This document shows, piece by piece, positions 1 to 12,044 of a stretch of 64,000 bases of DNA. Each line of letters opens with the position of its first letter. Position 1 is the first letter of the stretch. The stretch is from Coniocarpon cinnabarinum (lineage: Eukaryota): the NCBI GenBank assembly GCA_051942205.1, contig JAVECO010000023.1, forward strand, positions 1-64,000, written 5' to 3'. The position numbers and the translations under genes were made by a program. The notes below the pieces were generated by a model. The model was not told where the DNA came from and searched no databases. It saw only the letters and a program-made list of their open reading frames with translations.

Positions 1-50
1 GTGTAGGTGGGTGTGGGAGGGGGAGGGGTGCTGAAACGGGGTGTGGACAT
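1..50 (-). CDS. 5' end of a probable divergently transcribed gene (MSTPRFSTPPLPHPPT...), runs off the window
   Basis: ATG at 50 in CGAAAATG context; frame open to the window edge; only 16 codons visible. Confidence 0.3.
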   Translation of the reverse strand, partial: MSTPRFSTPPPPTPTY

Positions 51-184
51 TTTCGTGGTGATGATACTGCAATCCACAGCAACTCCACGGGTCAAGATAC
101 GGAAATCCTCGAGTTTTCTACGATATAGCTTGAGATACAAATAGCACGGTTATGTCGCTGCGTACCTGGTACGTTGCGATCCAG

Positions 185-190
185 CCGAGG
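185..190. promoter_or_regulatory. CCGAGG hexamer, possible FarA/FarB (Ctf1) fatty-acid response site
   Basis: Exact CCGAGG about 420 bp upstream of a PTS1-bearing enoyl-CoA hydratase. A single hexamer can occur by chance. Confidence 0.2.
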
Positions 191-608
191 TTCATCTCCC
201 TCCACCAGACGCACCATCAGACGCACGGACCACATCCGTTCTAGGACAGAGCACCTCCTTCTCGCCCCCTCTTTGCCGTGAAATACGCCGTTCGCGAGGA
301 CTGTGCTATTGTTACGGCGTACTGCGGCCGACTCGAGTTCGCGGTACACGCCATACACGGGTCTTCCGTCCTTTGGCCCCTCCAGCTCACGATCCAGGAA
401 CATGACAGGGGCCGGTCAGGGCCTGCGATGGTGTTACAAAACTCGCGATCTCGGGACCCTTGCTTCACGATGAAGCAGTGATACAGTGATACATTTTCAG
501 GGCGAGATAGCAAGAAAGTACTTGAAAGACACACAAGTTGCTACATTTGACACGCTGAGGGTTGTATTCATGTCCTCGTATCCTAATCGCTGTCCTCAGT
601 CCTCTATT

Positions 609-1621
609 ATGGCTTCGTTGAAGCTACCGCAGACGGAACACGTCGTCCTTTCGGTACCGGCACCGCATGTTCTTCTCGTGACGATGAATCGGCCCAAGGC
701 TATGAATGCTTTGACCGTCGACGCGTGTTGGGAAATGGACGAAGTGTGGCATTTTTTCGACCAAGAACCAGAGCTGTATGCATCTTCCACTTCCCTCTTT
801 CTCTCCCCTTCATGTGCTCACCCATTCATGTGATCACCCTCCCCATAACATCTCCATGCACGCTCCAGCCACGACCCCATCAGCACGACTGCATCCCCAC
901 GGCCGTGAAGTGACACACTTCACCACACTGACTAACCACTCCAAGACGCGTCGGGATCCTCACAGGCGCCGGCGACGTCTCCTTCTCCGCAGGCATGGAC
1001 CTCAAAGAACGCCTCCACGCCCTAACATCCCATTCGCGGACGCAGCACTACAAAGACCTCAGCTACCCCAGCAGCGGCTTCGGCGGCCTGACGCGGCGAA
1101 CGGGGCGCAAACCAGTCCTCGCCGCGGTGAACGGGCACGCGCACGGCGGCGGCTTCGAGCTCGTGCTGAACGCCGACCTCGCGATTCTAAGTCGGAACGC
1201 GACGCTCCGCTTACCAGACGTGACACGCGGCACGGCCGCAACACAGGGGGCGTTTCCGCGACTGGTGCGGGCGTTGGGGATGCAGCGAGCGAGTCTCGTC
1301 GCGTTGACGGGACAGGCCGTGACGGCGACACAAGCGCTAGACTGGGGCTTATGCGTGAAAGTGGTGGACAGTGAAGGGAGTCAAGGCGTCGTGGAGGAGG
1401 CGATTGAGATGGCGAAACTGATCGCGAGTGTGAGTCCGGACTCGGTGGTTGTGAGTCGAGCTGGATTGAGAGAGGCATGGGAAACGGGGAGTGTGGAGCG
1501 GGCGACGCAGAAGGTGGAGGAGCGGTGGAACGAGCGGCTGATGGGGGGTGAGAATGCGAAGGAGGGGATGCGGGCGTTTGCGGAGAAGCGGGCGCCGGTT
1601 TGGAGGGCGAGTAAGTTGTGA
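609..1621 (+). CDS. Enoyl-CoA hydratase/isomerase (crotonase family), peroxisomal (C-terminal SKL)
   Basis: Exons 609-775 and 946-1621; intron GTATGC...CTAAC...AAG. Motifs LVTMNRPKAMNAL, FSAGMDLKE, KPVLAAVNGHAHGGGFEL, EGMRAFAEKRAPVW; ends ASKL. Confidence 0.92.
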
Positions 1622-2238
1622 GAGGGCGTGAGTGGAGAGAGTTGGAGATTGAGTAACGGACTTAGGAGACGAGGGGTGCATTACTGCGTAGTTGTACGGA
1701 TGTAGTGCATAGAGTTTCAGCAGAGATGGATAGATCATGTTGCAGAGACGACAAGGGTCACGAACAAAAGCTGTCGCTCGATCCTAGTCTAGGATGTAAT
1801 AGAGACAACTCAGATGATTAAGATGTAAGCACATCAGCGAGAGCCCTCGATAAGTCATAGAACGCTAAACCACAGTGCGGCAAGTACTCTTCTACGAAGC
1901 CCATGGGCTGAAATGAGATATGGCCACATGACTGCCTTCAAGCACTTTCGACTTTCGATGCCGTCATCATGGCTCCATTGAGTGATCTGAAAAGAGTTTG
2001 TAGCCTGAATGGCAGGCATCGCGCGTGAACACCTTATTGGAAAGCTCTCCCAGCGAACAGATAGTATATAGCTCTCATTATTAAGAACTTGACCCTTGCC
2101 GAGATAGCATCCTCACCCCTGAAAGCACATCTACACGCCAAAGCAGACAGAGCCATTGACATCCGACGCTAATCTTATACCATGTATCATTCCCAGAAAT
2201 CATCAGCAAGAACTTTTTCGTCCATGTGTATCTTGCCC

Positions 2239-4854
2239 CTAAACGCAGTTCGCGTCCACGCCGCCATCCTTTGCTGCCCAGATGCGCAGTTCCTCCTCCT
2301 CATCAATGACTCCGTTCGCGCTTCCATGCTCGCTTTGGCTTCTGCTGACGCTCCGTCCGCCCTTTTGTAGTGTGACCAGCATCTTCAAGAACTCCGACAC
2401 ATATCGCTGCGCTGTTTCCCGTCCTTCACTCAGAGCATCATCTTCGACTTTGATGCCATTGTTGTCGGCTGGAGAAGCCGAATTTCGTGACGAATAATGC
2501 AGGACCGACGTGACTTGCCGCACTTGCATACAAAAGATGAACGCAGAGGGCTCCATAAACTCCACACGCGTGCGTGTGATGAGCTCGAGCAGTTCACGCC
2601 CAGTGCGGAGACGTGCCTCCTGTGCCTGGAAAGGCGTCACGCCGATGACTTCGGCTCTGTGACCGTTGGAGCTCCAGTACTTCTCGAGATAGAATGTGCG
2701 CGTGGTGAGGAAGGTTGTATGAAGGTTGACTTTTTGAATCTCGATACCTATTCCACGACGATCAGGCGCAGGATGAGACGCTGACAGTGGGGAAGGAAAG
2801 TGTGGTGCGGAGCCAACAGCGGGAGACAAGATGCCATGGTGGTCGAAAGCTCCTCCGCTTGTCTGAGGCGACGATGTGATCTGGAAGACAGATGGCAGAT
2901 TGTCGTCGTGCATGCTTTGCGCGTTCGCCATGCAGCGACAGTATATCTCGTTTTGCCTGCTCTTATCGTAAACCTCGTCGACAAGCCAAGCCATCTTGAA
3001 AGCTCTGATGGCCTCATACTGTAAATGTACACGACAAGTGTGATTGAGACCAGAGATGGGAGTGGGAACACCATGAGGTTGGGGCTCAACATGATCGGGA
3101 AAGATGCGGTCATCATCCACCTCGAGAGGCAGCGGCGGGTGTCTTCGAAGGGGTGTGTCGGGATTGATGGGTACATCTGCAACGCCGGCTCCATATCCAG
3201 ATGTGAAAGCGGAGCGAACAAGACAGAACAGTGACCAATATATTCGATTAGAGGTTTCACGCTCGATCAGATTGAGATGTTGAGGTGTAGAGGGTGCTTG
3301 ACCAAAGGATGCAAGGTCTGCGGGCACCGTAGCTGAGAGACCACCTGATTCATCATGCAAGCGCTGGAAGCCAAGAGCTCGGAGAATGTTGAAACACTCA
3401 TTGAAGAAAAGCTCGCCACTCGATACAGTGAACGTATTCGTCGCAATCTGCCCCAGAAAGAAGCTCGTAGCTGCGTCATCAATGCTGAGATCCGTCTTGG
3501 TAAATGTGTTAGATCCTCTAGCTTCAAGAGCTATGTCACGACACCGAGTGACCAGGTCGTGACTTGATCTGAAGAGGTGTTTACGATTCGTTTCCTTTAA
3601 GCGCGTGAGCGGTCGCCGTGGGAACGTTGAGATGAGACAACCAATCATGGACGCAGCCAGAGCCAAGAAGCGTGAATCATGTATGTCGCGTCGCTCTTGT
3701 AGCAACGACGTCCGGAAGGTGGGTTCGTGCGGGAAAGGGAGTATTGGATGTATGTACGTGTAGAAGTCATCCACAAAGAGTGCGAGGAGGTCCATGGGTC
3801 CAATTGAGTCGAGGGACAAAGCAGGCTTGCTCTGTGCGGGAAGAAGTGTAGTAGCAGGTGAGTCGAGCGATGAGGTGGCGGTAGGTGAGTGACCAGCACC
3901 ATTGGTGTTGGCGCTGTACGGGTGACCATCAACGAGCGGCTGCGATGCATCGAGATCAAGCTTTTGTTTCTTAATAGCTTCGGCATGCCGATTTGGTGGA
4001 CCACGCCTTCGCGAAGGCCGATTAAAGGTGCAGGGAATCTGCAGTGACCGGCACGCTCGACAAGGGGGTCCTTCTTCATCGCACTATTGTCAGTCGTCAG
4101 TGTTCAGATGCATGAAGCCACTTGAGACATTTCAGTCGGGTTCCAAATATATCTTCCACTTGCACATGAAGATCTTCGCACGATTCAAATGGTACTTCCA
4201 TTCAGAGGACAAACGTCGCTGACCTTGGAGCAATTGGAAGTTACCTGTCACACTTCCGCGAGATGCAATGCCAGAGTAATGGAGTCACCGCACGAGAAAA
4301 AAAAGAAAAGTGAACGCACCTTGACTTTCCTCACACTGCAACCATCACACGCTTTACTTAATCTATTTTGCTTTGCGGGCGTGCTCCTTTCCGCGTGGCC
4401 ATTCACCATGGGTTGACCATTCATGATCGGCGTTGGCGCGGGAACAACATCATGCCGTTGTTGAAGAGGAGCATGTCCGTTCACCGCGGCCATAGACATG
4501 GGCGTCTGCGGCGGCAGTGAAGCATATGGCATGGCCATGTGCTGTGGTCGTGACGAAGGCACTGAAGGGCTGAGACTGTTCAACGAGGTCAGTGAAATCG
4601 CTCATTCTACCCACTTGAAATGTTATATTTCGTGGGCTATCGAAGTATCTACATTTAATGCTAAGGGGCAATGCGCGAAAGGAGACGTTGGAACAACACG
4701 CACATCGGGAGTGATCACATACCTATGGTTATCGTCATGCGCAGGTGGGGAGGGATAATACTGTGTCGCGACCGGACGCTGTGAAAATGGGTGAGTTGGA
4801 TTTATCTGGCTGGAATTCCTCCTTGAAACTCACGGGCAGCTCTGTGGTCGGCAT
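2239..4854 (-). CDS. Zn(II)2Cys6 fungal transcription factor with fungal-specific TF middle domain
   Basis: Introns 4779-4833, 4576-4722 and 4084-4319 (GT..AG) join in frame to give MPTTELPRP...CDGCSVRKVK|CDEEGPPCRACRSLQIPC; downstream FYTYIHPILPFPHEPTF and RIYWSLF motifs. Confidence 0.9.
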
Positions 4855-6082
4855 GTGCCAGGACCACAGGAGACGACTTGGTTGCCAAGAGACGGGATAG
4901 CGCTGTAGATCACGCTTCGGTACGTGAAGTCAACCGCTGAGTACCGGGGAATAATTTGCAATGTAGGACGATTGCACGGCAGAGACACGCAGCGAAGTCA
5001 GGGGTAGCCACGTATTCCGGGAGGTAAGCCAGACGGCCGCGGGAGAGGCCTGTCCTGACAAGTCGGTCGAGTTGAAGGTTGCGCGAACGGTCACCGGATT
5101 TGCCACGCTCCAAAGTCGCCCATCAGGCCCCGCTACTTGAACCTCTTGAAGGAACACTGATCTGGATGATACTGCCGCGGGGTTGCGCTTGCTATGAGGT
5201 CCTGAGGATGTGATGGAAGCAGTATGTCTGTACGGAGTATGACGGATTGCAGTAAAATGATGTTAGGATTACGTGACGACCCGGTTTGGTGGAAGCGAGG
5301 CGACAGGGGACAGCGTCATATCGAGCATGCAGCGAGCGAGTCCAGCCGGGAACCTGGACGTGCGTCCGTGAGAGGCAAATGCAGCGTGGAACTTGCAGTT
5401 TGTGCGATCCTACGACGGAGGCTAGGTGGTGGGTGGGTAGGTAGTCAAGTCTGGAGTGAGGAGGCGCGGCGGGATCCAGGGTCTCTCTTGCCCCGTTCGG
5501 GCAGTAGTCTCAAACAGAGCGGAACCGTTTCCGTGACCCGCTCCACCACGATTGCTCCGTAGTCCGCACCGGGTCGGGCTTGGCGATCCTTATCGATACC
5601 GGATTACTGCTGCTGCTTCATCTTCTACGTAACGCCTCACTCATCCTCTCCCTCAGAGTCCACCGCAGAGCGTTGGCAGAGGCGAGACAGCGATACGAGC
5701 AGGCTCCGTGCGTCATGCGTAATTCGCTCAAGGCTCATCCCGCCGGAAGATGATCAATTGCAGGCATCCGTGCCTATCAGTAAGGGATCCAGAGAGATCA
5801 CCGCCCTCGTTACCAAGTCCGGGGCGAATCACGTGGCCAACATTGCCAACATTGCCCTCCTCAGTCGGGTGTTGGCCGCAATCCCAACCAAGTACCGAGC
5901 CTTTTCCACCCCGGAGCGTCGCACGAATGCCGGCACTTGAGATCACCCCAGTCGAAGGTTTCACACCAGATGCAGGGTGATGCATGAGGCTGACGTTTCT
6001 GCTTTTTGCCACCCACTATCGTACAAGTATGTAACTTCTCGTCGTAGAACGCTCACTATGTTTACCATCCATGCACATTCCA

Positions 6083-7421
6083 TCACAACAGCTTCTTGGG
6101 GCTGTTCTTCCATCGCTGTTGATACACCATGTAGAGTCCAAGCAGTATCAGCTGGAAAGCCATGAGGCAGAACAAGAACGTCCACATCTTGGGCGCTTGT
6201 GTGCTCACAATCTCGCCCAGACTGCCCGGCAGGCTGCCCAATAGTTCCGTTTGACCCTCGCGTAGTGCCACTTGGAGCTTGCTCATACTGGCCTTGTATT
6301 CTCCAGTGCCAAATCCGGCCATGCCAATGTCTTTCTTGATGTGTGTAAGGTCTGTCGCTAGCATCTCCATGCGGCGGTTGATGGTGTCAATGGCGTTGTT
6401 GGGGTTGTTGATCGTTTGCTTCATCTCTTCATGACGCTGGCCTTGAAGGCTTGACAGCGCGCCCAATTCGCGATTGACGTTCTCGATGTTTTGGGAAAGC
6501 ACATGAAGGCGATTGAGAAGCTCGTGATGTTGCGCAGAGTATTCGGCGTTCGAAGGAGGGCTGTAGTCGCCACGTGCTTGCGACGGTGGCGGTGCTTGCT
6601 GTTGATAAGCTTGTTGATGCTGAGGAGCAGCGCTGTTGCCGCCGTTGTTAGCAGAGGAAACGAGGAACTTGCTAATCTCAAAGGAATCTGGTGTTTCTGC
6701 ACTGGCGGCACTGATGCCGAAATAGTAATTCGAAGGAAACTTGATCTAAAGTAGTCATTAGCAAATTGAGATAGCATAGTACCAGCATCAATGAGTGGCT
6801 TACCAGCCCAGTCTTGAAACAAGGCTTGCTGTCGACTGCTACTTCCAGCCCTTGCTCATTCGCCTTCACATGCAATCCAGTCATCTTCCCCAGATTCCGA
6901 AACGAATGCGAGCAGTGTCCAAAAGCCAGGCTGTCGAGGTTATGATGACTTTTGAAATCCACCGTTCCGTCATTGAGAAACCCTCGCACTGAGCCGCCTG
7001 AGCCGCCGTATTGATCAATGGTCAAGACCAAGCCTTCGAATCGTTCGACAGTATACACTGATCTCAGACCACTCGCAGGATATGTCTCTTTCGTGAACCA
7101 TATTTGCAAATTTCCTGAACCTCTTTCAGGTCCGCTCGCGCGAAAGTCGACGTCGAGTTGAAAGGCATCTGAAGCCAAAGACGACTCTGACCATATGCCA
7201 GTCCGAACGTGGCCAGGAGCAGGAGGCGTAAGAACGATGCGATCTGACAGTATTTGAGGCGCCGGGCCTTCAAATGCGTGATGGAAGCCGGGGATCTGCT
7301 GGCCATTCGGGGAGATTGGTGTTGTCTGTCCAAAGGATAGAGAGGAGATTTGCGATTGGCCGTAGGCAGAGGTTGTAAGCGCGAGAAGATAAAACGCGGT
7401 CTGCGGTCTCGGAAGGAGCAT
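6083..7421 (-). CDS. EMP47: L-type (legume-like) lectin ER-Golgi cargo receptor, Emp46/Emp47/ERGIC-53-like
   Basis: Signal peptide MLLPRPQTAFYLLALTTSAYG; lectin motifs (GNLQIWF, FEGLVLTIDQY, YFGISAASAETPDSFE after intron 6746-6803); coiled coil; C-terminal TM; dilysine tail KKLL. Confidence 0.85.
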
Positions 7422-8057
7422 TTTGAAAGATGTGACTTTAAGTGAGGGAACGGCGTGCAGAAACTCCTGTTGACCGTCCAAATTAGCGTGCGCCTTAATG
7501 AGGTGAAGGGCGAGTCGTTTTATGACTTGCCAGCTATGAAGAGTCGTTTGTTCCACAACTGCTTGCACCCTCTCTCTTGCTGAATACTGATCCAAGTCCC
7601 AGGGACGCAATCCTCACAAGTGCCCAGGCGCCAACGCCGGCCAGTACGCAGGTCCTAATCTCCCTCACAGCCCGCAGCACAGAAGAGTCAATGTGAAAAA
7701 CGTGGCTGATTCAGGTAGGCTGAACCTCAACGACGTGTTTGAATACTCAAATGTCCTATGCTGCGCTCACTGGATACTGAACCTGCATTCGACATTCGCA
7801 ATTAGGGGAAATCCTTGCACGTGCCACGGAGCGGCCTAGCGCTACTGATGCAACAGTGCTGGCAAGGCTAAAACCCGACACATCATATTGACAGGGACTT
7901 CCAAGCACGCTTTGTTTCCACAAACGAATCATTGAACTCCATGAGCCTTTCACCCGGCTTTTACATATTATACATACAGCATATTTCCCAGCATATGTCA
8001 CTGACATGATCGACAGCCCGCCGAAGTGGGCGCTTACTCAGGCCCACGCGTTGATGC

Positions 8058-9355
8058 TTACCACGTCGACTTCACTTTTGGAAAGTCCTTCGCGCTAACG
8101 CCAAGGTCATCAAAGACGGTGTCCTCACCGTGTAGCTGGCCGGTACGGTGCGAATCCTCATCCTCTAACTTCAGCACTTCTTCTTCAGGCGTTTCTTTCT
8201 CATGCTTTTGATCTCTTGCGGTTGGCTCAGTCGCCTTTCCGAGCTCGTCTCGGCCTTCGCCGATAAGTAGAAATTGGGCATTGGCATAGTCAATGAATTT
8301 GGGCTCCGTTGCCATCCAGCGCAAGCCGTTGAATTGTTTCAGCATTTCTTCCGGGTAATCAGGACCTTGAGGGAGAGCTGCAACAGACGACACGTCAGTC
8401 TCAATGACAAATGCGATGCGAGAACTCAGAATGTTAAAGACTTACATGCATTGGAGGGAGCCTGTTGATCTGGATTTTTGGTGCTCATGACGAAACTGCC
8501 CTTTGATCGGAACCCCATGTCCTTCTGCACCTCACCCAACTCCTCAGGAATCGTTACGACATAAGCAAAATGCGACGTACGATTGGTCTGCGTGATGGCA
8601 TAGACGCCTTCGACCAAAGGTGTGACTGGAGGGGTGTGGCGAACCCCGGTGGTCTTGGTTGAGTATTCACTCCCACCAAGAAAGTTCTCCTTCAAGTCTT
8701 CTATGGTCGTCTGTGCGCTCTCCACAAAGCTCATAAAGGCATCCCTGTGACTGATCGGCATGACTTTCTTAGGTAATGCAAGCAATCGATTATTTTGCAG
8801 GTCTTCGAGCGGTCCTTCTGTAACCTTCGCATCCTTCGGTAAAGGTCGAAGAACAATGTAGGAGCGCGCAAAATCTTGCACTGATTGTGGATCATCAATT
8901 CCAACTCGACCCCGTGAGAAGAAGTAGAAGATGCCCTTTTCCAAAATGTTTGACGGTACCTTTTCGCCCCGCTCGGCTGACTGCTCGACACCACTGTTAC
9001 CATTTTGTTGCGTTTTCGTGTTCTCCTCAGCTCCAGTCGATGGATCGTCTTGCGCCCTGCTTTCTTTTCCGTCTGTTCCATCCTCATGCTGACCCTGCTT
9101 TTCAGTGTCAGTGTTTTGGTGGCCGGTGTTGGCTTCTGTGTGATCGCCTTGATCCTTCTCTACTTTGTTGGCAGCTTCTTTCATCTCCGAATCGTCGGGC
9201 GCGGTCTGTTCGAGGGTCTTCTGTTGCTTCTTTCCAGGCTTGGCAGTCGGCGAGGAGTCCTCAGCTTTGCGCTTCTCCCCTGAATTGGGCTTCTCTGGAG
9301 TCTCGGGTGCAGGGCCCGAGTCCTGGTCTCGAGCAGAAGATCTTGTCGCAGCCAT
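8058..9355 (-). CDS. Conserved fungal hypothetical protein (acidic disordered N-terminus, conserved ILEKGIFYFF...RLLALPKK core)
   Basis: Long ORF plus intron 8378-8445 (GTAAGT..CAG) joining in frame to ORF 8058-8393. Confidence 0.75.
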
Positions 9356-10106
9356 AATTATGCCGGAAGTCAATTGAGCTTTTGTACAAACTTTTGCTCA
9401 GGAGAAACGTTTGTGTCTAAGGCAATCTGTGAGTTGAAGCTTGTGGAGAGATCTAACGGAAGATGAGAGCGATCGGCAATCAACACACTGACGTCACGCG
9501 TCGCGCATTCAGCGCGTGTTGGCTGCACCAGATCACGTGGTAATCCAACGCGTAGGTACGCGTAGACATTCTTGATCACAGTGGTTGAGCAAGATCCCGC
9601 AGGATCTTTATCAAACCATTGTATGGTATAGATTGCTTCACACTTGACAAGGTGTATCCAGATTGCTCTACTTGCCAAGCTGTTAAGACTGAGTTAGGCT
9701 CTTTGCCAGAATCTGTGATTGGCCTAAGGTACACATTTCAGAATTATAAGGTTCCCAGCGGCGTGCCTTCAAACTGAAGTGATTTGAACCAGACTGCAGA
9801 CAGCCTGGTATCACTGCTCTAGTAGTCATTGCATCTCAATCAATCGCTTCAATTGTCGATATCCAGCAGTCGTTGGGCTAAGATGTCTAGAAGTCAGCTT
9901 GCAACTCATAGATATGGTTAGGTCTACGTCCTTGACATGATCGTGCAAGAAGTTTTGCACTGTCTGAAGTGACCATAAGCCCGCTGAGCCAGGTTGAAGG
10001 AGGAAAATCCGTATGATCCACAACGCTTGGCTGCCGAAGGTATCATCTGCGCACATAGATGTTAAGTGTACGCAACACTGTCTGCAGAAGCTCTTGGAAG
10101 TAGCCT

Positions 10107-11128
10107 CTAGCCTGGCATCTTTTTCTCGCTCATGAACTTCTCAATGGCTTCATGTACAGCTGCCGCTGTCGGCTTTTCTGCAACTACATCGGGAGTGCAG
10201 TCAAATTCTTGCATTTCTTGCCGAGTCTTTGGCCCAATAGCCGCAATATAGCAGTTGGGAGCTTTGCTTATCTCCTTGCCCCTATCCCTGTAATCGAAGC
10301 TCAATCGGCCAAGAGCGTCGAGAAGTTTCTCCGTTCCTTTCTTGGTAAACACGACAACCCACTGGATGCTTGAGTTGACGATAGCCGGACGCATGATGCT
10401 TGAGAAGTCATCCACAAAGTCTTCACGGACCTTCGTAGTATACATGGGCAATACATCAACGCGTATACGCTGATCTTGAGGTACGTCAGGACCATCCAAG
10501 ATCCTTGGGATGCTGTCCTTATGTTCTTCGCCGGCCAAGAACAAGAGCTTTGGCCTTTTTGTCCAACGTTTCCACTCACACCGTAATGGGTAGTGTCCTC
10601 GGATGAAATGTGCCAAATTTTCACCATTACCTGAACCTTGACCAAGTACCTCTGGTCCATGCAACTCCAATGCTTCTAAAGGTTGAGCTGTTGCGTGCTA
10701 AATTTAGTTATCAGTATCGTTTCCACTACGACCTCGGATTTGAATTAGCTCACCCCAACACAATAAATTGGCATATGGTCGATGCTGAAACTGTTCATAG
10801 CGTACTCGCCGATTCTTACCACTGAATCTACAAACACTTCCGCAGCATTTCTAGACGTGAAAATCAAACCGCCAAACCCCGCATCGTAGTCGCTCTCGCT
10901 GAAAATCTCCTCTTCAAAGCGAGCATCGACAATGTGTTTACCTAGAGTTCGAACGGAATCTTCGTTCCACGCAACATGTACGACTGGCACAAAAGAGGTC
11001 TCAAACTTGCTCCGCTCAGGTGCAGCGAAGAACTCTTTGAACTGATCACGAGGATGATTTATCCCTTTCAAGACAATGATAGAAGTCTTTTCATTGGCTT
11101 CAATGTTTTCGTCTGAACGTTGTCTCAT
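10107..11128 (-). CDS. HEM4: Uroporphyrinogen-III synthase
   Basis: Intron 10698-10753. Motifs FGGLIFTSRNAAE, PIYCVG|HATA, GSGNGENLAHFI, LLFLAGE, WVVVF, IAAIGPKT, PDVVAEKPT. Confidence 0.8.
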
Positions 11129-11336
11129 TCTACCAACGAGTTTCAATCGAGCCTGGAAAAAGTACCATTGCACGGGTTGAGTGACCTGGTGCTCTCACGG
11201 ATGGCCTGCCACGCATCCTTACGTAGAGGTTCGGGATGTATTAACGATTAAATTCGCTAGACGAACACCAAGCGCTCCCCCTCGAAGAAACGACCACTAT
11301 TCTCTACAATTGCGCACGCAGTATAGTCATTCAATC

Positions 11337-12044
11337 ATGTCTCGTCAGCTTGCGCAAAAGGACCAGTTAGTGAAACTCATTGTCGGCGCTGGTCAAGCTT
11401 CAGCTGGCCCTCCCATAGGCCCTGCTCTTGGTTCTCGAGGTGTCAAATCCATTGACTTTTGCAAGGTATCCATGTCAGCGCAAGTAATTTATCGCAATCA
11501 ACTCTGATGACAGCGACAGGAGTTCAATGCTCTAACCGCACATATGAATCCTGGAACGCCTGTTCCGGCGCTCATCACAGTCCGGCCAGATCGCAGCTTT
11601 CACTTCCAATTGCGCACACCGCCGACGTCCTCTCTTCTACTTACAGCAGCGGGAGTCGAGCCTGGCAAAGGTGGGAGGAGAAGAGGCGCCAATGCGCCCG
11701 GGCGAACCCCAGCCATAACTACGACGCCGTCGCTCGCACAAAATCTATCTCCTCAAGGTGCTGGAGAGCGACCTGGCAAGAGCAGCAGTTGGACCAAAGA
11801 TCCCAATCAGGGTGAAAATGTCGGCAAAGGTGTCCAGATCATGGTCGCCAAAGATGCGGGAGGTGATAAGAATGTTGGACACGGCGGTGGTATTGTACAA
11901 GTCGGCGAGGTCTCGCTCAAGCACATCTATGCAATCGCCGAGATCAAAGCTCAGGAGAACCGTTTGGCAGCACTCGGCATGAAGGCGATTGTCAAGAGCA
12001 TTCTGGGACAGACAAGGAGCTGTGGTGTGGGAGTGGTGCCTTGA
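11337..12044 (+). CDS. MRPL19: Mitochondrial ribosomal protein uL11m
   Basis: [36 protein letters not shown] (intron 11466-11519), [24 protein letters not shown]. Confidence 0.92.

Noticed and set aside
4450..4605. Apparent overlapping uORF on the Zn2Cys6 gene
   Set aside because: Its ATG lies inside the predicted intron 4576-4722.
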